Of a DNA stretch of 12,205 nt, positions 1 through 8,400 are shown piece by piece. Source of the DNA: Candidatus Thorarchaeota archaeon (lineage in GTDB: Archaea; Asgardarchaeota; Thorarchaeia; Thorarchaeales; Thorarchaeaceae); the NCBI GenBank assembly GCA_004524445.1, contig SDNP01000051.1:1-12205 (forward strand). The letters run 5' to 3'. Position 1 is the first letter of the stretch. Each line of letters opens with the position of its first letter. The translations under genes and the position numbers were made by a program. The notes beneath the pieces are model-generated. The model was not told the DNA's origin, made no database searches, and was given only the letters and a program-made list of their open reading frames with translations.

Positions 1-181
1 ATAATTCCGAATATCCCTGCTGAAGCCAGATGAACCAAGGAGATGGAAGGAATATTTCTCATGATTTCTTGCTCGGGAGAGATGACATTTAGGATTTTGG
101 GACAGATTATGGACGGTTGACTTCACAACCAGATGGTCAAAATATGGATTATATTCAATTCCGCTATAGCTCAGGAATATG

Positions 182-217
182 TATATAATTGACAGCAATA
201 TCCCCGATTAACGGGGA
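182..217 (+). promoter_or_regulatory. Putative TATA box (TATATAA 182-188) and inverted repeat TCCCCG-attaa-CGGGGA (201-217) upstream of the surface-protein gene
   Basis: TATA-like element ~40 nt upstream of ATG 228; the perfect 6-bp inverted repeat overlaps the expected transcription start. Confidence 0.4.
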
Positions 218-227
218 ATCTATAACA

Positions 228-2795
228 ATGCACCGCCACAAGCTGATTATTGTCATTATTATATTCATTTTCATCGCACCGTACACTATGCGGTCTGATG
301 GATTAATTGCAATTCAAGATACCGATACATCGTCCATTCATAGTGTATCTGCGCTTCCGTCAGGAACAAATCTGAGTCGCGTTCAATGGAGGGCGGATCA
401 CAATCCCAATCACGGTCTTGAGGACTGGACTAATACACACAATCCAGACCATCTCTACAGCTATCGAACGACAGAACAGTATACTTGGTATGCTGAAAAT
501 CCATGGCCAGTTAACGAAGGTAGTAGGTCAATTGGATTCCAAGCGAGGGCGATTGATCCACTCCATCCAAGTGAGGCGGACATAAAGCAATCCACTCAAG
601 TATCAGAAAGTAATCCAGTGAATCTTACGCTCAACTTCGACTACTACATCGACCAGAATGAAAATCCCGCAGATACAAACTTTGTGTATCTATACTTGAG
701 ACTAAATAGTTTTGGGGATAGACATCTGTACTATTATCTGAGTGGAACTGATTCATCAAAGCAAAATTCGTCATACTATGCCTATTTCGAGCTGGAGCAG
801 ACAGAGGATATTTGGCATTCCTTTGACCGGAATATAACTGAAGACTACTATGAGGCATTTTCAGAATATCCTCAGCAATATGAGTACATGGAGTATGTTA
901 TGCATGCAGAAACGAAGTCGTATGTTCGAGCTTTTCTTGATGATGTCAACTTAGTAAATGGAACAAACACAATAGTATCTGGGTCAACAAAGAATGGAAA
1001 TTTTGAAAGTACAGGATTTTGGTTCATAAGCAATTATGACCCTGTGGATATTTCCAGAACTACTCTGCGCAAAGAAGGAGATTATGCCCTCAATATGACT
1101 GCCATCTCTAATGGCAATCGGAGCCAAGGTTACTGGGAGTATAGGCCCAGAATCCGACTTACGCCGAACAACTCAGATCAGTTCCGATTTTGGTGGAGGA
1201 TTAACCAGTACGAGGATGCATCTAATAATACGCATGCGTACATCAATGTGCAGTGTTCTAACGCCACTGACGAGTTCAGCCTCTATTACATATTGGCAAG
1301 CGGAGTGGAATCACCTGTAGAGGGATACCCAGGCATCATAGAAATATACCCCGAAGGTTATAACTCAACAAGCACCTGGACATACTTTAACCGCAGTATT
1401 TGGGATGATGTTACTCAATATAACCAGACTAGTGAAGTCGTTGTTGAAGAAATAGATGTGCGAATATTTGCTCAGCATGACTATTCCAGACTATCTCTGA
1501 TATTCGATGCGATGGAACTGGAGGCTTCAGCCTTGAATGACAGGGGATATGAAGATCAGCCTGCTGTTGGTGCTGAAATCAGAGCCTGGGACCTACCCGA
1601 TTCGGACCCAGAGTTTACTGTTACGGATGATGCATTAAATGGCAACAAAGCGGCTAATCTAACTCTCACAGATGCAGCTTCATTTTATACAGATCAGGAG
1701 ATACCCAATCGTAGAATAAATCAAGACACTGAAACATATCTCGAGCTAAGTTGGAAATTAAACGAATTCACTTCACAAGTAGATGAAATTGTCTTCCTGA
1801 CTCTATCTTTTGAAGACAATAACGATTTTGCCTATATTTTCGCAAACGAATCTGCTGTTAATGGAGAAGGGGCAGAAGATTACATCATGATGCCCAATGC
1901 TAATAGTATTGGCCAATGGTACACGATACAACGAAACATAGTGAGGGACTATGAGAGTTTATTCGGTTCTCTTCCCGACACTGCAATAGAATACATCTAT
2001 TTTGAAGCATCCACAGAAGCAGGTGGGAGAGTCGAGATTCTATTCGATGACGTCTATCTCTATGATGACGCATCTCCCCAGATTTCTGATGTTATCTATT
2101 CACCCGTTGCACCAGAGGCAGATGACTGTGTCACGGTCAATGCATCTGTCTTCGATCCAGCACTGGATAAAGTGTTGTTGCATTACCGGATTGATTCGGG
2201 AAGCTGGTATTCCTTAGAAATGTTACCTTCTGGAAGTGTCTTCTCCGGAGTCATATCTAGCCAAGACTATGACAGTAATGTTGAGTTCTATGTTGAAGCA
2301 AATGATACATTTGGCAAGACAACTACTGGACTCAACGAATCAGTTTACTTCCAATACACTGTGGTCGATACTCTTGCGCCAATTCTCCAGTTTGTCAATC
2401 CATCTGATTCTGCCACTGTAAGCGGCACCGTGGAGATTAATGCATCAGCAATAGATGATGGCAGTGGGCTTTCAGTACTCGTTGTCTTTCTTGATGGAGA
2501 ACAGCTCTTCAACTCGACATCGTCTCCTAAGACATTCGACTGGGATACCACCACAGTGGAAAATGGTGAATATACCCTTGAATTGATGGCATACGATATT
2601 GCAGGCAACTCAGATAGTATTGAGATAACAGTCACAGTGCAAAACGAAGCAACGACAACAACAACCACTGGCACCACAACAGATACGACTCCCCCACCTC
2701 TCGACATGGTTCCAATATTGATAGCTGTCGCTGTGATAGCTGCGATTGCGGTACTTGTATTGTATTTTGTAGTACTTAGACCGCGTAAGACGTGA
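228..2795 (+). CDS. Secreted, C-terminally membrane-anchored surface glycoprotein: 3 tandem CBM/jelly-roll-like repeats, 2 Ig-like domains, Thr-rich linker, TM anchor
   Basis: The ORF track starts at TTG 189, but ATG 228 gives a typical signal peptide (MHRHKLIIVIIIFIFIAP). Three ~185-195 aa repeats, each with N/DxGxE...EG/NG...WxxxxRxIxxD...F/LDxxxL. C-terminal Ig-like segment (DTLAPILQFVNPSDSATVSGTVEINASAID...WDTTTVENGEYTLELMAYDIAGN), then TTTTTTGTTTDTTPPP, a hydrophobic helix and an RPRKT tail. About 20 N-x-S/T sequons. Confidence 0.85.
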   Translation: MHRHKLIIVIIIFIFIAPYTMRSDGLIAIQDTDTSSIHSVSALPSGTNLSRVQWRADHNPNHGLEDWTNTHNPDHLYSYRTTEQYTWYAENPWPVNEGSRSIGFQARAIDPLHPSEADIKQSTQVSESNPVNLTLNFDYYIDQNENPADTNFVYLYLRLNSFGDRHLYYYLSGTDSSKQNSSYYAYFELEQTEDIWHSFDRNITEDYYEAFSEYPQQYEYMEYVMHAETKSYVRAFLDDVNLVNGTNTIVSGSTKNGNFESTGFWFISNYDPVDISRTTLRKEGDYALNMTAISNGNRSQGYWEYRPRIRLTPNNSDQFRFWWRINQYEDASNNTHAYINVQCSNATDEFSLYYILASGVESPVEGYPGIIEIYPEGYNSTSTWTYFNRSIWDDVTQYNQTSEVVVEEIDVRIFAQHDYSRLSLIFDAMELEASALNDRGYEDQPAVGAEIRAWDLPDSDPEFTVTDDALNGNKAANLTLTDAASFYTDQEIPNRRINQDTETYLELSWKLNEFTSQVDEIVFLTLSFEDNNDFAYIFANESAVNGEGAEDYIMMPNANSIGQWYTIQRNIVRDYESLFGSLPDTAIEYIYFEASTEAGGRVEILFDDVYLYDDASPQISDVIYSPVAPEADDCVTVNASVFDPALDKVLLHYRIDSGSWYSLEMLPSGSVFSGVISSQDYDSNVEFYVEANDTFGKTTTGLNESVYFQYTVVDTLAPILQFVNPSDSATVSGTVEINASAIDDGSGLSVLVVFLDGEQLFNSTSSPKTFDWDTTTVENGEYTLELMAYDIAGNSDSIEITVTVQNEATTTTTTGTTTDTTPPPLDMVPILIAVAVIAAIAVLVLYFVVLRPRKT

Positions 2796-2840
2796 ATACC
2801 GAACAGGGATAGCCCCGAGATTTATACAGAAATCTTTGGA

Positions 2841-2862
2841 CTCATCCCCTTCTCTCTTTTTA
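2841..2862 (+). terminator. Pyrimidine/T-rich archaeal-type terminator of the surface-protein gene
   Basis: CTCATCCCCTTCTCTCTTTTTA lies ~45-65 nt after the stop at 2795. Confidence 0.4.
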
Positions 2863-3039
2863 TGCCGGAATGACTACTTGGTATGATAGTCACATAGCTC
2901 ACCGACAGCAATGTGGACTTGAGATTTCATGAGAATAGTCGGTTTCTTCGCAAACTTCATCAATGGGTGTCTAAGCACACAAGGTCTCTCGGCGGATTAC
3001 AGATTCCATCAAGACGCGGAAAATATGAACTAAAACAGA

Positions 3040-3148
3040 CTGGATAAGAAGGAGGTGAGGCCCGCCCCAGAAGAAAGAGTTGTAGGTTATTCGCGTGTGG
3101 TTAGGAGGGGGAGATTTGATCTACGTCTCTGGAACAGACCCCAGCTAT
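3040..3148 (-). ncRNA. Candidate structured small RNA (17-bp stem with 6 G-U pairs, C-rich loop and 3' tail)
   Basis: On the minus strand, UGGGGUCUGUUCCAGAG (3143-3127) pairs fully with UUCUGGGGCGGGCCUCA (3072-3056). The six non-Watson-Crick positions are all G-U on minus and A-C on plus. TATA-like TATTATAATA lies ~20-30 nt upstream. Confidence 0.45.
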
Positions 3149-3163
3149 ATCCGATGATTTTGA

Positions 3164-3220
3164 TATTATAATACTATGTCTTTATGCATAAATGAATCGT
3201 TGAAGTAACATATGTTAACA
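3164..3220. promoter_or_regulatory. Cluster of perfect palindromes including a TATA-like element
   Basis: TATTATAATA (3164-3173), TTTATGCATAAA (3181-3192), TAACATATGTTA (3206-3217), TGTTAACA (3213-3220). Confidence 0.4.
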
Positions 3221-3263
3221 AGAAAAAACCGAGAAGCCTATTTGATGAAATGCTAGAATGAAT

Positions 3264-3815
3264 TCATTTTCCTTCAATACGGGTCCTATCGAACCGACTG
3301 ATTTTGCGTTCGAGCTTTTTCGCATATGGTCCCATATAGCTTGCAGCACCTTCTAATATCTCCGATGGGCACTCTGCCAATTTCTCAACCATATTGTGGA
3401 TCTCCTCCTCTGAGAGAAGAGAAGCAATAGGACACTGTGAAAGAAAAACCTGACCAGACCCTGTCTGAAAGATGGGAAACGCACGACATCGCAAAGGACG
3501 AACCTCGTATATTTCGCATTTGCCATCGCTGAGGTACGGACAAGTCATATCATCGCCCCAATCAGTGATGAATACGTCCTCAGATACTGCGGTGAAGTGA
3601 TTAGGATAGCCCATCTCAATAATGGCAGACACCTCGCTCCTTGTCGCCACTGCACCACCAAATTTACAGCAGTGTGAGCCACATGACTTGCAGATGTTTA
3701 GGGCGTCATTTGAGGAGTCGTGAACATCTATGGAGTCATCCCGTTCCCCATTGACCATTAACATCAACGATTGGGATGATTCAATTTTGTCAAAATAAAT
3801 CAGTGCCTCTGACAC
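3264..3815 (-). CDS. YkgJ-family cysteine-cluster (CxxCxxCC-type Zn/Fe-chelating) protein
   Basis: CKSCGSHCC ... CPYLSDGKCEIYEVRPLRCRAFP ... CP matches the family pattern CPfL-x3/4-C-x-IY-xx-RP-xx-CR-x-FP. Confidence 0.85.
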   Translation of the reverse strand: MSEALIYFDKIESSQSLMLMVNGERDDSIDVHDSSNDALNICKSCGSHCCKFGGAVATRSEVSAIIEMGYPNHFTAVSEDVFITDWGDDMTCPYLSDGKCEIYEVRPLRCRAFPIFQTGSGQVFLSQCPIASLLSEEEIHNMVEKLAECPSEILEGAASYMGPYAKKLERKISRFDRTRIEGK

Positions 3816-3902
3816 ATTTACCGAATATCACAAAATCGGGATGACTAGTGAGTAGTAAATAGTGTCCACTGATATGAACCATGGGAGGCCCAATTACGGG
3901 CG

Positions 3903-4262
3903 CTAGTATCCCCATTCTTGACCGAGTCGTTGCCGATACCAACGTCTTCCTTTCTTTGTGAGCGAATATGTGCCACCAATCTCGTTCAGAATATTCATCT
4001 GGACCATATTCTGAATAACGCTATAGAGTTGGGAGTCTGATGCCCCAGTAGCGTTCTTCAGAGCTGCAAAGTCCATCTTCCCGTTTCGCTTGACCGTCTG
4101 AGCAATTTCAAACTTTCCAACGGAACGACCATCATCGCGTACTATTAAGTGGCCACAGTTCGTGCAAAGCAAATCGCCTTTGCTTTCGTCTCGGGCGACT
4201 TCGTTGCTACCGCAAATCGGACATGTTCTCTTTGAGAATCTCAGTGAACGACGATTTGTCAT
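3903..4262 (-). CDS. TFIIB/TFB-type zinc ribbon fused to a winged-helix domain
   Basis: CPICGSNEVARDESKGDLLCTNCGHLI fits the TFB N-terminal ribbon consensus (CPxCG...D...G.lvC..CG). The C-terminal half (FEIAQTVKRNGKMDFAALKNATGASDSQLYSVIQNMVQMNILNEIGGTYSLTKKGRRW) is a typical wHTH ending in YxLTxxG. Start is ATG 4262 or GTG 4274. Confidence 0.8.
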   Translation of the reverse strand: MTNRRSLRFSKRTCPICGSNEVARDESKGDLLCTNCGHLIVRDDGRSVGKFEIAQTVKRNGKMDFAALKNATGASDSQLYSVIQNMVQMNILNEIGGTYSLTKKGRRWYRQRLGQEWGY

Positions 4263-4328
4263 GATTGCGACCACTTCCTCTCAATCGGGAGTCCTGATAA
4301 AACTAGCGAAGTGGATGATTCATTCTGG

Positions 4329-4835
4329 CTATTCTTTCTCTTCAGTCAGCTCTCGGAAGAACTCATCATAGTCGATTTCAAACGCAACTTTCTGTCCGGG
4401 TCGTACTCTACCACCATTCTTATCCAGTTCAATATAGCCCATATCTGTGAGTTCTCTCAAATCAGCCATCACGCTTCTTTGACTCTTCTTTCGAAACTTG
4501 GTGGTTCGATCTATTGATATCCAATCTCCTTCTTGATAGGTTAGTGTGATAACAACCAGAAGAGTTGCAGCGAGTCTATCCGGAAGATGACTATCTTGTT
4601 CCCCTTCTTGAGCAGCTTCATGAGTCTCCATGTAGAAGGTATGTGTAAGTGGATTATGACGGATGATAAATCCAAAAGGCTGCAAAAGCTCATGCAGCTT
4701 GGCAAGCTGATTGAAGAGAACATGGCGACCGTACACTTCTGGCAGAGCAAGTGCATCGAGCAAATCGTCAATAGATGCCCCGACAGTAGTTCCGGACTGC
4801 GTCAAACGATTCACAAGAATAGCAAATTCATTCAT
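4329..4835 (-). CDS. KITE subunit (tandem winged-helix; ScpB/MksE/Nse1/Nse3-like) of the SMC complex
   Basis: Two WH-like halves joined by a linker: LHELLQPFGFIIRHNP...FYM and LAATLLVVITLTYQEGDWIS...LRELTDMGYIE...RPGQKVAFEID. Follows the kleisin gene; ATG 4835 overlaps the kleisin stop (ATGA) with GAGGT 9 nt upstream. Confidence 0.7.
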   Translation of the reverse strand: MNEFAILVNRLTQSGTTVGASIDDLLDALALPEVYGRHVLFNQLAKLHELLQPFGFIIRHNPLTHTFYMETHEAAQEGEQDSHLPDRLAATLLVVITLTYQEGDWISIDRTTKFRKKSQRSVMADLRELTDMGYIELDKNGGRVRPGQKVAFEIDYDEFFRELTEEKE

Positions 4836-5467
4836 TCTTTCCATACCTCCCCAGTGCTATGGTCATAACTCAGTTCGCCACGAGAAACGAGAATTACAAC
4901 ATAGAGAAATCGTTTGAGAAATACATCAAATTCAGCCGCGGAAATCAAATCGCGAATTTGAAATCGTTTGTTGAAGGGAATATCAGACAAAAACCCATTC
5001 ATTGCATCTATAAAGATAGCATCCTCCGTCTGAAATGTGAAATCATCAGGGATCCCGCTCATTTTAGGAGCCTCATCTTCACTAGGCTCTTCTGATATGG
5101 ACTGAATAAGACTCAAAATTCGTTCTAGCGCTCGATTTAGGGTGACATAGTTCATTGAGCCAAATTGGACGGGATGACGATATGAGATGAATTTTGCCAA
5201 ATTCATTGGAGTCAACTCCTGCACCCTTGATACATAGATATCAGGGGCGGATAGAATTCGAGCCAATTCCTGTACTCGGTTGATCTTTGCCTCTAAGATA
5301 TCATTCAACAGAGAGTCTATTTCCACTTTGATATCTAGATCTGCTGCCAGGTCTCTTAACTCAATGTATGAGTCCCACAATTGATATTCAAGGGGATCTG
5401 CACCAGATTCTTTGATTTCTCTTGCAATATTGGCAATTTTCTCAGCGAACATTGTTGCAGACATCAT
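4832..5467 (-). CDS. Kleisin (ScpA/Nse4-like) subunit of the SMC complex
   Basis: N-terminal helical DPLEYQL...DILEAKI resembles the ScpA N-domain, followed by an acidic linker (SEEPSEDEAP) and a C-terminal WH with FLKRFLYVVILVSRGELSY (kleisin cap-binding FLxxLxLxxxG). Starts 7 nt after the smc stop. Confidence 0.75.
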   Translation of the reverse strand: MMSATMFAEKIANIAREIKESGADPLEYQLWDSYIELRDLAADLDIKVEIDSLLNDILEAKINRVQELARILSAPDIYVSRVQELTPMNLAKFISYRHPVQFGSMNYVTLNRALERILSLIQSISEEPSEDEAPKMSGIPDDFTFQTEDAIFIDAMNGFLSDIPFNKRFQIRDLISAAEFDVFLKRFLYVVILVSRGELSYDHSTGEVWKE

Positions 5468-5474
5468 TCATCCC

Positions 5475-8400
5475 TCATTGACCAGAGAAGCTAGGACTTT
5501 CGATTATCACAGATGGCTCGGTACCACGAGGCGAAACGACGCCGAGTCGCTTGTCGGCATTCTTCAGCAGATGAGTGCTCTTTGCCGGTGTGAAAATTAT
5601 GAACTGACTGTTTCTAGATGAGTCATACAATAACCGACTGACCATCTCAGTGTTTGTTGCATCAAGAAATGTATCAATCTCATCCAAAGAATAAACGGGA
5701 GCCGGATTAAATCGCTGTAAGGCTAGAATCAGACCTATGGCTACGAGGGAGCGCTCGCCTCCGGACCCTGCACTCAGTTCTTTGAATTCTTCCCCTCTGA
5801 ATTTGCACTTGAAATCAACTCCATACACTTGGTTCCTAAGAGACAAATCAAATCGAACCTCTCCTGAAAAATTAACACTATTGAGTATCTCGTTAACATT
5901 ATCCTCCACGCTTTGAAGGGTTTCATTCATTCCATTGTGGTATTCTTCCCTGATTTTGTTGATTGTATCCTCCGCTGCGCTTACTTCAGCCTCCAATTCT
6001 GCGACCTTTTTTGTTAGATTACCCAGTCTGTCCTTAAGCTTATTTTCAGTGACAGCTATAGTTTCTGATACATCTTGATAATCGTCTAGGAGATGCCTTA
6101 CTCTAATCAGTTCATTGCGAACAATTTCTAAATCCCTGACTTCAGCTGGTTGGACATATCCTTCAATCTCATCCTTAACCATATCCCTCTCACTTGACAT
6201 GGCATCCAGCTGTTTCTTAGCTTGAATGACTTCCAAACGACTGTTTCGTACCTGAAGGTTCATCTCTAGGAGGGCTTGACGATTCTCAGAGATTTTTGAG
6301 TCAATCTCTTTTTGTTCGTTCTGAAGCTGTATTCGCTCCGATTCGAGCTCCTTAATCTTTTGTTTTAGTTCGTCAATAAAACCTAGAATCTCTGAACCTT
6401 CATTTTCAGAACCTTTGAGCTCTTCTCGGACTTCCACCAGTCGCTCAGAGTACATCTCTATATTTTCATTAACATTTTGAAGCTCCTGACGCCTGACTTC
6501 TTGATTCTTCTCTGAAGACATTAGGCGATTGTCCAAATCCCTCAGTTGCTTCTGGAGTCTCCTCTGCTTCATCCTCAGGGCCGATTGCTGTCCAAGAAGC
6601 TTGCTCCTTTCAGGCGGCTGTGAATTGTCTAGTTCACGCAGTTTCGTTTCAGCATTATCAAGCTCTTGCTGAAGGTTCTCCAATTTCGACTCAAGGACAG
6701 CTACCTCTGACCGCTGCTCAGGAATTCCGTCCAGAAGTCTCTTTCTTCGTTCCCAGATTCCACTCCATCTTGATACTTGGCTCATCAGGTCCAAGACTTT
6801 GTCTCTTTCTGTAGTAGTCCCCGCTATTTTTTCCAGAACTGCAGTGAGCTGCTTTCTTGCAATTACTAGCTCATTTCTAGTATTCTTTAGCTCTTTCTGT
6901 AGAGGTGCCAATGAAACGATGCCTGTTGGCTCCTTTCTAGGGTGACTAATCTTTCTTTTTTTGTTATTTACTATGACCTGACCGTCCATTGTAACAATAT
7001 TGAGGGGGACCTTATTGGATAACCTATATGCGGACATCGAATTCTTTGTCAATACATAATCGCCGATTGCATTAGCTATAGTCTCTTTTTCGTGCCCTTC
7101 TAGTCCAATCTCATCCCATAGCCAGCCAAGAGCTCCTGGATATTCAGAAATATCAATACGTTGTGGACTCTCGCCATGCTGGGCTAAAACAATCGGAGCC
7201 GGTGCAGCCAGAGAGTCTCGCAGTTTCTGAACGAGATCGAAATCCGTTGAACTACTGGTAAGAAAAGCAAAAGAGAGATTGGGGTCTAATACGGCCTCAA
7301 GTGCATCTCCATGAATCTCATCGACTGAAAGCTCCGAAAGCAAGGGGCCAATAACATTGTCAAGTTGTCTTTCCTCTATTGCGTTTCGTAACTCCTTAAC
7401 TGAGTCTGGAATGCGTTCTGATCGCTCAGCCAATTGGTTTTCAAGAGCGTCGATTTTCTTTTGAAGCTCGGAAACTCTCGACGAGCGTTGAAAGCGAGTT
7501 TCATTTAATTCTGAAAGATCACTCTCTAGCTGTGTCTTCCGCTCTTCCAAGTCTTCTTCATCAATTTCATCTACGGTGTCCCAAAGCTCGCCCCATTTGT
7601 TCTCTATGGACTGAAGTTCAGCCTCATCAACCTGTAATTTTTCTCGAAGGCTTCGCATGAGCAGGTCAGTACTCCGTACTTCGGCTTGCAATGCTCGGTA
7701 GTCCCCATGAACTTCTGCTCTTCGGGAATTCCATTCTGCGAATTCATCCAACTTCTCATCAAGAACCCCACGTTCCTGCTCTACTTCTTCCATTTCGACG
7801 CTAATGGCGCCATGCTCTTCCATGTACCCTTCTCTAGCCTTGCTTATCCTTTGCAAGTCTTTCGATAAGCTCTCTTTCTTGCTTTTCTCCATTGCGACTT
7901 TCTCTTCCAAATCGCGAATTTCCTCAACCAAACGTTGATTGGAGTCCTCAAGTTTGCTAAGACGCCGTTCTTCTTCCTCTATTCGTGCGGTTGTCTTACC
8001 GATATCCAACTGGTTTTTCTGGAGTGACTGGTTTACTAATTCCAATTTATCCTGTTGTTCTGAAATGAGCGATTCAACATCAGAGTATTCTTCGAGAACT
8101 GACCCAAGTCCCTCTTCCTTGTCTTCTATCTCTAACCGTATCTCATTTATTCTCGCGTTCAAATCATTCAAAGCAGCCCATTTATGTTCGAGGTCGAGCT
8201 CTTTCTCTTCCTTCTGTAGTCGTCGCTTCTTCTCCAACCGTTCAAGATCATGTCCTAAGAATTCAAGTTCTTTTTGAACAACTTGTGCTTCGCTCTTGGT
8301 AGATTCCAAGCTTTCACTACTCTGGAATACTCTTGACTCTTCAAGTCTTATGCGGTCTCGAAGTTCATCAAGACCTGTTCCTTCCTCTACCAGTTTTCGA

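Noticed and set aside
1-130. Possible gene fragment at the left edge
   Set aside because: Short open frames exist on both strands but are too short to assign.
631-2707. Short alternative-frame or antisense ORFs inside the surface-protein gene (631-858, 1111-1320, 2002-2217, 2236-2421, 2345-2707)
   Set aside because: All are nested in a well-supported CDS with no recognisable motifs; the Val-rich 2345-2707 ORF simply mirrors the Thr-rich linker.
2863-3047. Small ORFs (<50 aa) on either strand of the intergenic region
   Set aside because: No convincing ribosome-binding site, motif or other support.
3050-3156. Plus-strand SD motifs (AGGAGGTGA, GGAGGGGG) as starts of a small gene; tRNA, SECIS or H/ACA identity for the hairpin
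   Set aside because: No start codon is suitably spaced after AGGAGGTGA, and only a 13-codon TTG ORF follows the second motif. No cloverleaf, SECIS AUGA/GA quartet or terminal ACA box is apparent.
3903-4274. Bona fide transcription factor B (tfb)
   Set aside because: Only ~120 aa, with no B-reader or cyclin repeats.
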